Translations under genes and position numbers: made by a program
The notes under the pieces: generated by a model
Database searches by the model: none
What the model saw: the letters and a program-made list of their open reading frames with translations, nothing else
Told to the model about the DNA's origin: nothing
Part shown: positions 17,309-25,165 of the stretch, piece by piece
Layout: every line of letters begins with the position of its first letter
Numbering within the stretch: position 1 is the stretch's first letter
From: an uncultured Acidobacteriota bacterium
Lineage (GTDB): Bacteria > Acidobacteriota > Vicinamibacteria > Vicinamibacterales > UBA8438
Reading direction: 5' to 3'
Assembly: GCA_913043225.1 (NCBI GenBank)
Contig: CAJWLU010000031.1
Location: 1 to 32,796, forward strand
DNA: 32,796 nucleotides

Positions 17309-19090
17309 TCAAAACCCTTGCAGGATGTCACCCTGCTCACGCAGCTTAGGCATGATCTGAGACAAGCTCATGCATGGAGAGAGCTCACGGCACACGTGAG
17401 CCATCTTCTCGTAGTCCTCTGAAGTATCAATATCTAACTTCAGCATGTCGTCGCCTGCCTGAAGCTCATTACTATCTGCAACACACTGAACATCGTAGTC
17501 CTCACCATGTCGGCGAATGTAGTGAGTCACATGCTCACGATCGTCGCTCGTAAGGTCATCCTTAGCGAGCAACAGTCGGAGATTCTTTGCGGTCAGCATT
17601 TCTCCACCCAAGCCGTCAGGATAAAACCTATGCTTGGCGGGAATGTGATTGAAGAGATAGTCGCAATCACTCTCCGCAAAACTTTTCACCAAATAATCGA
17701 TGAGCTCTGGAGCGACTAAGGGATTATCGGCGCAAATACGCACGACAGTCGTCGCATCAAAATACGTGCTCGCGTCCGCGCAGCGCTTTAGGACATTCCT
17801 CTCATCTCCTCTCCACACTGCGACGCCGAGCCTGTCTGCCAGGAGAGCTAATTGGTCATCGTTCGAATCGTCGCCGGTGGCTAAAACCACATGATGTACT
17901 TCTCGCGCTAACGAAACACGACGCAAGACCCACTCTAGAAGTGGCCTGCCATTCAACGGCAGAAGCATTTTTCCTGGCAAGCGAGATGAGGCCATGCGCG
18001 CCTGAACGATCGCCACCACCTTTCCGAGGCGACATTGGACGTCATCCCACTGCAAAATATGGTCTTCCTGTAACTCCCGGGTGGTCTTCTTGCCGACCAC
18101 AGAACGGAACAACTCCGGTGAAATACCATGGGCGGGTCGCTTAAAAGTTAGGTCACGAGCGTGAATCACGGTACCCACTGGTAGAGCCCGCTCCACTACC
18201 AAACTGCGACGCGCATGCAGACGCGCTGGACGTTCACTGTCTAGCGCGCTCTTTCTCGACAGCCCCTCAAGTTGGCGAATACATGAAATGGATCTACGAA
18301 ACACACAGATGTCTTCCATGTCCATCGCATGGTAGTGGTCATTGCCTTTCAGACTCTTGTCATGTGTAAAGTGCTTCTCTATAACCTGGGCTCCTTTCAG
18401 GTACGCCGTCGTTAAGACCAACATCGCTTTATCTGGCGGCACATGGTCTGAATAGCCAATGACATCGTCAGGAAATAGCGCTCTTAGGTGCGAAATCATG
18501 TTGAGGTGCGCACCACTTATGGCAGTCGGGTAATTTAAGACGCAATGCAAGAGCACGACATCCACCACACCATTAGCTTTCAGCACTCGCACGGCCCGAT
18601 AAATCTCATCGATATTAGAGGCGCCTGTCGATAAGACAACGGGCTTGCCTTTGCTGGCCACCCGCTCCAACAAAGGCAGGCTAGTAATGTCGGCAGAAGC
18701 TATCTTGTAGAAAGACAAGAATGGATCGAGCAACTCCACAGCGTTTATATCGAATGGCGTCGACGCAAACTCTATACCTACGGTCTTGCAGTGATCGTAG
18801 AGAGCTTTGTAGTCAGAGTCTTCAAAATGGTCAAATGCCGAAAAGAGCTGTCTCTGTGAATCGGTAGGTTCTTCGTTCAGATCCCAATAGGCCGGACTCT
18901 CTGAAGCAGCCAAGCTGTCGGCCTTATACGTCTGGAATTTCACCGCATCGGCTCCACCCTGATGAGCCAACTCAATCTGCCTCTTTGCGACCGCAAGGTC
19001 ACATCCATGGTTCACGCCGATCTCGGCAATCAGATACGGTTCCGCTCCTGCCCCAACGATGCGTTCACCCAGACGCAACTGTGCATTCAT
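17309..19090 (-). CDS. NeuB-family ulosonate synthase (with SAF domain) fused to an SpsF-like cytidylyltransferase
   Basis: IAEIGVNH, KFQTY, KIASAD, GYSDH, IEKHFT, ARRSLV; then AIVQARMASSRLPGKML and VRICADNP. Confidence 0.92.
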   Translation of the reverse strand: MNAQLRLGERIVGAGAEPYLIAEIGVNHGCDLAVAKRQIELAHQGGADAVKFQTYKADSLAASESPAYWDLNEEPTDSQRQLFSAFDHFEDSDYKALYDHCKTVGIEFASTPFDINAVELLDPFLSFYKIASADITSLPLLERVASKGKPVVLSTGASNIDEIYRAVRVLKANGVVDVVLLHCVLNYPTAISGAHLNMISHLRALFPDDVIGYSDHVPPDKAMLVLTTAYLKGAQVIEKHFTHDKSLKGNDHYHAMDMEDICVFRRSISCIRQLEGLSRKSALDSERPARLHARRSLVVERALPVGTVIHARDLTFKRPAHGISPELFRSVVGKKTTRELQEDHILQWDDVQCRLGKVVAIVQARMASSRLPGKMLLPLNGRPLLEWVLRRVSLAREVHHVVLATGDDSNDDQLALLADRLGVAVWRGDERNVLKRCADASTYFDATTVVRICADNPLVAPELIDYLVKSFAESDCDYLFNHIPAKHRFYPDGLGGEMLTAKNLRLLLAKDDLTSDDREHVTHYIRRHGEDYDVQCVADSNELQAGDDMLKLDIDTSEDYEKMAHVCRELSPCMSLSQIMPKLREQGDILQGF

Positions 19091-20274
19091 GAGCGGCTCC
19101 CCTCATTGTTCGCACACGCTGTCAATCCCCCAATCATCTGATCCACTTCCTCATCAGTCAGGCCTTCATAGAAGGGTATGGAGAGCATATTGTCGTAAAA
19201 ACTTTCCGTGTGAGGGCACATGGCCTCACCAAAGCCTGCTTTCACAAAGATAGGGTAGCGATACAGCGGGTAGTACTGCGTCACGCACTGAACACCAAAA
19301 TCTTCAGCCATGCGTGTAATGACTTTATCGCGGTGCTTGTCTGCCACGCGGATAGGCAGTGCATAAAAGGCACTGGTTCGATCGTCTGGAAGTGATTGAA
19401 AAGTGAAGAAGTCCGTGGTCGAGAAAGCCGCTCTGATGCGACGTGCCAACTCTTCTCGACGCCTGATGGTTTTCGCTAGCCGCTGGAGCAAACTGAATCC
19501 AAGGGCACACTGTGTCTCGCCCAGGCAGAACTTGTACGGCCATTGTCCTTCTATGTCGAAGTCGACGTTCGTCATAGCAGGCAACCAATAGCGGTCTCTG
19601 TTCCCGTCGAATCCTCGCATACCGTTGTGGCGTAGTCCCGCAACTAATCCTTTCCACGCCGGTCTATTTACGGCAAGCAGTCCCCCCTCGCCAAGGGTCG
19701 TCAGAATTTTGTGACTGTGAAAGCTAAAGCACGATGCCTCTCCAAAACCACCTGCAGGTTTGCCTTTGAAAGTAGCTCCTAGCGCTTGCGCACAGTCCTC
19801 GATCACGATGATGTCATTGGCCCTCGCCAGCTCCAGCAAAGCATCCATATCTGCCGGCACACCATAAAGATGAACAACCACCAAGACTTTGGTTTTCTTC
19901 GTGATTAATTCGGCTACGCTATCAGCGGACATAACCCACGTGTCTGGATCAATGTCAGCCCATCGAATAGTTGCCCCTGTTCTTGCAAACGGGAGGGCAG
20001 TCGCGGCAAAGGTGTGGGCGGGAGCGATGACTTCATCCTCTGGCTTCAATTGACAGAGGATGGCGGCGAGTTCCAAGGCTCCTGTGCAGCTAGAAGTGGC
20101 AAACGCTGAATCAAGAGAGAAGTGTGAACAAAAAGACTCTTCAAACCGTTCTTGCCACCTACCTTGGGTGAGGCCACCGCGTCCTTCCATGGTGGATAGA
20201 ACGATGTCTTTATCTTCTTTCGTGTATTGAGCCCCACGCGCGCCAAAAGCAATCTTGAAGTTAGCTAATGCCAT
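19087..20274 (-). CDS. DegT/DnrJ/EryC1/StrS-family PLP-dependent sugar aminotransferase
   Basis: SSCTGAL, VVHLYG, IEDCAQALG, FSFHSHKILTTLGEGG (PLP lysine). Confidence 0.93.
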   Translation of the reverse strand: MALANFKIAFGARGAQYTKEDKDIVLSTMEGRGGLTQGRWQERFEESFCSHFSLDSAFATSSCTGALELAAILCQLKPEDEVIAPAHTFAATALPFARTGATIRWADIDPDTWVMSADSVAELITKKTKVLVVVHLYGVPADMDALLELARANDIIVIEDCAQALGATFKGKPAGGFGEASCFSFHSHKILTTLGEGGLLAVNRPAWKGLVAGLRHNGMRGFDGNRDRYWLPAMTNVDFDIEGQWPYKFCLGETQCALGFSLLQRLAKTIRRREELARRIRAAFSTTDFFTFQSLPDDRTSAFYALPIRVADKHRDKVITRMAEDFGVQCVTQYYPLYRYPIFVKAGFGEAMCPHTESFYDNMLSIPFYEGLTDEEVDQMIGGLTACANNEGSRS

Positions 20275-20277
20275 GAT

Positions 20278-20925
20278 TTAGAGCCCATGCTTCTTTTCGA
20301 GCGCTCTCTGGTAGTACTTCATGTGCGCTGTATCGTTTGTCATGTTTGCGGCATGACGACGATAGCGATAGAGCGGAAGCGCCACTCGATGGATAGTGTA
20401 TTTGGTCATGAAACGAATACGGAGATCTTCGTCTTCTCGACCTAAGAAGTCTTCATCGTAAAGACCCACGTCAATCAACTGCTCTTGGCGAAACATCACT
20501 CCACAGCCGATGGGTGTGGCCTCACAACTTTCAGTGGAGATGACAGTCTCATCGTCGTCTACCAAAAGATAATCACATGCAATCGCGTCAATGGCCTTGT
20601 TCATCTGTAGGTGCAGAGCCAAAATATTCAAGTACTCTTGGTGCACATAATCGTCTGCATCTAAGCGCACAACAAACTGGCCGCGCGCTTGCCGAATGCC
20701 TCGATTTAGTGAGTAAGACAAACCACGACAAGAATCATTCTTCAACAATCGAATCTGGTCGATATACGGTTCGAGAGCCTGGCCCGTCTTGTCATGACTG
20801 CCGTCGTCTATGACGATGACCTCGTATCGATCGTGCGGATAAGTTTGATTGGCTATCGACCGCAGACAACGCCCAACGTACTTTTCTGCATTGAACGCTG
20901 GAATGATCACTGAAACGATCGCCAT
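20278..20925 (-). CDS. Glycosyltransferase family 2
   Basis: [33 protein letters not shown]. Confidence 0.92.
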   Translation of the reverse strand: MAIVSVIIPAFNAEKYVGRCLRSIANQTYPHDRYEVIVIDDGSHDKTGQALEPYIDQIRLLKNDSCRGLSYSLNRGIRQARGQFVVRLDADDYVHQEYLNILALHLQMNKAIDAIACDYLLVDDDETVISTESCEATPIGCGVMFRQEQLIDVGLYDEDFLGREDEDLRIRFMTKYTIHRVALPLYRYRRHAANMTNDTAHMKYYQRALEKKHGL

Positions 20926-21124
20926 TAGGCTAGGCCTCTCCTGTATGTGCGTTTGAGTAGGTCGCGCAAGCGTTTGTGTTGGGTGGCGATCTGATGCCTA
21001 AGGTGTTCTCGCATGGTGCTCACGTTCTGGGAGCTATGCCGTTGGTGAAGCGTGTGGCAGGGAACTCTCAGTAAAGAACGCCGGGCTTGTTTGCGGTCCC
21101 GCTGTTGTCGCTTCTGGTGCTACT

Positions 21125-22261
21125 TCAAGAAACCCGAAGAACATTTAGCACTTCGCCGATTTCCGTCTCGCCAAAAGGCACCGGGTTTTGTTCCAGGGCC
21201 CCGCTCAGCTTCAGAGTGTCTGCGATCATCAACGGACGACTGATATCCGGGGCCACTCGAGTCAAGTGTGTAGGTACTTTGAGGCGAGTCCAACATTCCG
21301 TCATTTTGCGACAGAAGTCATTCGCAGTTACGCAGCCTCGCCAGAGGTCTCGATAGCCTTCATAGCCAAGGTCAATGTTCTTCTTGACAACATGTGGCAA
21401 GAAGATGCCACCACCGATACCGTGTGGGACCTTGTGGTGAACACCGAGAGGATACGAAAGGGCCGCGGCCGGACCCGTACCAGAATGCATCAGGGCCATG
21501 GCGGAATAGTGTGCCCCCAACATAACGTCCGTTCGTAGTGCGATGTCATCGAGACGCTTCATTAACGACGGCAGCGCCTCAATCACCAGATTGAAGCCAT
21601 TGAAAGCAAAGAGACGAGCCCACGGATTGGTTTTCTTCGCTACAAAGGCTTCGGTGGCATGAACTAAGCTATCGACTGCTGCTGATAGAGTCGGAGCGGC
21701 TGGGCAGGACAACGTTAATTCAGGATCAAGCACAGCGTAACGAGGCCTCACTGCATCCCCGTTAATGCCCATCTTGAATTTAGAGGCTTCATCGACAAAT
21801 GAGGCGTTCGGCGTGATTTCACTGCCCGTGCCAGCCGTTGTCGGCACAGCAATGATGGGAAGCGTGGGGTGCGTCATTTGATCAAAGCCGCGGTACGTTA
21901 TAGCTGGCTCAAGATTGTTGGCCAACACAGCCATGGCCTTGGCCATATCTAGAGCGCTTCCACCACCGATACCGATGATCACCTCTGGTTCCGCTGGCAC
22001 GAGGTGTCGCCGCTTCGCCTCAAGCGAGGCGTAGGTGGGCTCTTGAATGTCACAGGAGATCATCGTCGCCTGCTGACAAGTGTCTCGCAGTTCCCTGATC
22101 AGCTGTGCGATCAGAGGCTGTTCAAGGAGAGCATGGTCGCAGACGATGCAGGCGCGTGCCCACTTCTCTTCCCGCAGCAATGAAATGAGCTGGTTGCGCT
22201 CTCCGGCACCAAAGAAAACTTTCGTTGGCGAAAAGGCGGAAAAGCGTTTCTCGATGCTCAC
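21125..22261 (-). CDS. Iron-containing alcohol dehydrogenase family protein
   Basis: GIGGGSALDMAK, VPTTAGTGSE, LDPELT, DSLVHATE, VPHG. Confidence 0.92.
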   Translation of the reverse strand: MSIEKRFSAFSPTKVFFGAGERNQLISLLREEKWARACIVCDHALLEQPLIAQLIRELRDTCQQATMISCDIQEPTYASLEAKRRHLVPAEPEVIIGIGGGSALDMAKAMAVLANNLEPAITYRGFDQMTHPTLPIIAVPTTAGTGSEITPNASFVDEASKFKMGINGDAVRPRYAVLDPELTLSCPAAPTLSAAVDSLVHATEAFVAKKTNPWARLFAFNGFNLVIEALPSLMKRLDDIALRTDVMLGAHYSAMALMHSGTGPAAALSYPLGVHHKVPHGIGGGIFLPHVVKKNIDLGYEGYRDLWRGCVTANDFCRKMTECWTRLKVPTHLTRVAPDISRPLMIADTLKLSGALEQNPVPFGETEIGEVLNVLRVS

Positions 22262-22520
22262 CTGCTTCCCTCGTTGTTTGACTGATGGGCCCGAGTGTGC
22301 CGACTCGTGACTAGGTGGTCAGCTCACCAACCAGTCAATCACGATAACGCATTGAGGGCGCACTACTTGCATAGATTTACGGCGTATTCACTGTGCTCGT
22401 ATCGCTGGTCGCCTGTGCACGGGCGTCCACGGCAATACGCTTGAGTGTACCCCTGTCTGGGAGAAATTGGGGAAACGCCCGATCGCAGATCGGTAAGTGC
22501 TATGAACAGAACAAGATAAA

Positions 22521-22610
22521 TGGCGGTGAGGCAGGGATTCGAACCCTGGGAGGAGTTTCCCCCTCACTGGTTTAGCAAACCAGCGCCTTAAGCCTCTCGG
22601 CCACCTCACC
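22521..22610 (-). tRNA. tRNA-Ser (anticodon GCT)
   Basis: Minus strand GGTGAGGTGGCCGAGAGGCTTAAGGCGCTGGTTT-GCT-AAACCAGTGAGGGGGAAACTCCTCCCAGGGTTCGAATCCCTGCCTCACCGCCA; 90 nt, long variable arm, encoded CCA. Confidence 0.97.
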
Positions 22611-22669
22611 GGCTGGGACGGGTCCGGGTGGACGTGGAGTCCAGCCGGTCAGAGCCTTCTACGATATCA

Positions 22670-23992
22670 CTACCGGATAAGCCACAGTTCGGTCTGGGGG
22701 CCAGACAGATACTCGCCTCCATCGGCCGCCGTGACCTTTAGGTCCTCTTCACGCATGATCGTGACCGCCTGGTCGTCCCACTCAGGAACGGCGGCAGTCA
22801 CGGCAAACTCGAGCGAGACCCAGTCCCCCTCCTTCAAGGTAATCCGGGCGTGGTCGCCGTAGCGTTCGGGCCAGTCGTAGATCGCCCACATCCCAGCATC
22901 GTGCACCCAGTAGCCCTGCACGTGGGAGTACACCAGCAGATCGATCCCTTCGGCGCTAGCGCGCGACTCGGCGGCGCGCTTGATCTCGATACCCGTGCGC
23001 CCCACCTGCATCTCTTCGACGATGATCGCCGCCGCGCGAGACGACCGGTCGAAGGCACGGGTTAAGCCGGCAGGCGGTGCCGTCTCGGCCGGGTGTAGCA
23101 CGTAGGCCATCTTCTGCTGGTCGGTCACGATACCGGCGCTGCGAATACCGAAATCGACATGCAGTAGGTCGCCCAGTTCGACCACCGGATCGGCCGAGTC
23201 GTCGAGACTCGACCCACCGCGCCGCTGGAGATCGAGGGAGGCGGGGAAATTGAACTCGTAGCCCTGCCGCTTCCACTCGGCCGTGATCCAGTAGTGCACG
23301 TCCATCAGGCTGGTCTGACCCGGCGTGATGACCTCGGCCGACATGGCTCGTTGCAACAGGGCATAGGTCGCGAGGCTCGCCTCCCGCTGCACCACGTCCT
23401 CGGCCGGCGTATGCGTCGACGCGTAGTCCACCACCAGAGGTTCAGCGGGAGTCAGCCGGTCGGCGTAGCCGGCCGGCAGTGCGTCCAACAGGTAATTCTT
23501 GAGCTCGGCCGTCAGTCCATCGGCCATGCTGATGGTGCGGGACTGGTTGATGGCAATCCGGCCGGGATCCCGGCGCGCCAGATACTCGCGCAGGTGAGGT
23601 TTGAGCCCCTCCTCACCGTAGAGCGTGCGCGTCTCGAAGAAGGGCGCCAGATGGTCGCTCAGATGCGTTCCGATCGCGGTGGTCTCGAGAGCGCCCCCCG
23701 AGCCGCTGTCGTAGAACAGGTAGGCGTTCCGATGCCCGTACCAGCCCGTGATGCCGTGCCCGCCAAACAGCTCTAAGATCGGATCAGGAGCGTTCTCTCG
23801 ACTCAGGATGATCCACAAGTCGATCTGGTGGCGTCGCATCAGCGGCAGCAGATGCTGCCGCATCTTATCCGCCTTGAGCGACCACTCGAGCTCGGTGCGC
23901 TGCCGGATAAGCTCAGGCGTGATCTGCGCCATAACCGACCCCGAGGTCAGCACCGAGGCCAGGATCCATGCGCCGATCACATCCCTGCGCAT
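22670..23992 (-). CDS. Exported M24-family (Xaa-Pro) metallopeptidase
   Basis: Signal peptide; GDLLHVDFG...TDQQ, YSH..G..VH, SLEF, REED metal ligands. Confidence 0.85.
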   Translation of the reverse strand: MRRDVIGAWILASVLTSGSVMAQITPELIRQRTELEWSLKADKMRQHLLPLMRRHQIDLWIILSRENAPDPILELFGGHGITGWYGHRNAYLFYDSGSGGALETTAIGTHLSDHLAPFFETRTLYGEEGLKPHLREYLARRDPGRIAINQSRTISMADGLTAELKNYLLDALPAGYADRLTPAEPLVVDYASTHTPAEDVVQREASLATYALLQRAMSAEVITPGQTSLMDVHYWITAEWKRQGYEFNFPASLDLQRRGGSSLDDSADPVVELGDLLHVDFGIRSAGIVTDQQKMAYVLHPAETAPPAGLTRAFDRSSRAAAIIVEEMQVGRTGIEIKRAAESRASAEGIDLLVYSHVQGYWVHDAGMWAIYDWPERYGDHARITLKEGDWVSLEFAVTAAVPEWDDQAVTIMREEDLKVTAADGGEYLSGPQTELWLIR

Positions 23993-24001
23993 CGAAGCGG
24001 C

Positions 24002-25120
24002 CTACCCCTCGTAGATAATCCGATAAATCGCGTTGGCGGTGTCGTCGGTCACGAGCATCGAACCGTCCGGCAGCACCTCGACATCGACCGGACGCCCCCA
24101 TGACGTGTTGTCTGGATCGAGCCAGCCTTCGGCGAAGACCGAGTAGTCCGTAACTCTGTTGCCGTCAAGGGTCGCCACCGTGATCCGGTAGCCGGTGTGG
24201 CCAGCCTCTGGAGTCCGGTTCCAGGACCCGTGCTCGGCGATGAAGATCTGGTTCTGGTAGCGAGCCGGAAACATATCGCCGGTGTAGAACCGCATGCCCA
24301 GCGCGCCGACGTGGGGACCCAGCACCTGAGCGGGAGGGGTAAACTCGTCGCAGCCACGCCGCCCGCCAAACTCAGGATCCGCGATGTCACCCTCATGGCA
24401 GAACGGGTAGCCAAAGTGAAGACCTCGCTCCGGCGCGTGGTGCAGTGTATCGCCCGGCGTGTCATCACCAAGGCGGTCGCGACCGTTGTTAGTGAACCAG
24501 AGATCGCCGGTCTCAGGATGCCAGTCGAACCCGACGGTGTTCCGCACCCCGTGGGAATACACTTCCGGACTACCGCCATCGACGTCCATCCGGGTAACAG
24601 TCGCGAACCGGATGTCCTCGCCTGTCCGATCGCAGATATTGCAGGGGGCACCCACCGGCACGTAGAGCTTACCGTCCGGTCCGAACCGGATGAACTTCCA
24701 GCCGTGGGCCCGCTCCGACGGAAACTCCTCGTCGATGACGGCCGGCTCGGGCGGGTTTTGCAGCCGACTCTCAATACCGTCGTAGCGCAGCACCTGGTTC
24801 ACCTCGGCGACGTAGAGCGCGCCGCCGCGAAAGGCCACACCGTTGGGCATATTCAGCCCGCTGGCGACGGTAATGACCTCATCGGCCTTCTGGTCCTGAT
24901 CCCGGTCGAGCACGGCATAGACGTTTCCGGCCTGGCGCGTGCTGACGAACAGGGTGCCGTTGGGCGAACGGGCCATGGACCGAGCATTCGGCACGTTCTC
25001 GGCATAGACCTCGATCGCGAATCCATCGGGCAACCGAAGCTTATCGAGGGGAATCTCCTGGGCGAGGGCAAGGTTGCCGCCGAGGACGGCCAGACCGAGG
25101 GCAAGGCTGATTCGGAGCAC
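24002..25120 (-). CDS. PQQ-dependent sugar (sorbosone) dehydrogenase family protein
   Basis: HGWKFIRFGPDGKLYVPVGAPCNIC, GVRNTVGFDWHP, AEHGSWNR, GRPVDV; signal peptide. Confidence 0.92.
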   Translation of the reverse strand: MLRISLALGLAVLGGNLALAQEIPLDKLRLPDGFAIEVYAENVPNARSMARSPNGTLFVSTRQAGNVYAVLDRDQDQKADEVITVASGLNMPNGVAFRGGALYVAEVNQVLRYDGIESRLQNPPEPAVIDEEFPSERAHGWKFIRFGPDGKLYVPVGAPCNICDRTGEDIRFATVTRMDVDGGSPEVYSHGVRNTVGFDWHPETGDLWFTNNGRDRLGDDTPGDTLHHAPERGLHFGYPFCHEGDIADPEFGGRRGCDEFTPPAQVLGPHVGALGMRFYTGDMFPARYQNQIFIAEHGSWNRTPEAGHTGYRITVATLDGNRVTDYSVFAEGWLDPDNTSWGRPVDVEVLPDGSMLVTDDTANAIYRIIYEG

Positions 25121-25165
25121 AGGGACACCTCCAATGCGAAGTAGGAAGGAGAAGGATGCTGGGAG

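Larger units (their letters stand above)
11102..22547. mobile_element. Genomic island (about 11.4 kb) integrated at tRNA-Ser(GCT); no intact integrase visible
   Basis: Flanking direct repeats; visibly lower GC than both flanks; accessory modification and glycan genes. Confidence 0.8.

Noticed and set aside
20926..21015. 29-aa basic [32 protein letters not shown] whose stop abuts the GT2 start
   Set aside because: No clear RBS or family resemblance; cannot be distinguished from chance.
22388..22609. 73-aa and 60-aa ORFs over tRNA-Ser
   Set aside because: They are translations of the tRNA and its flank.
22609..22648. Inverted repeat ccggctgg...ccagccgg upstream of tRNA-Ser as a terminator
   Set aside because: Long loop, no U-tract, and it overlaps the tRNA 5' end.
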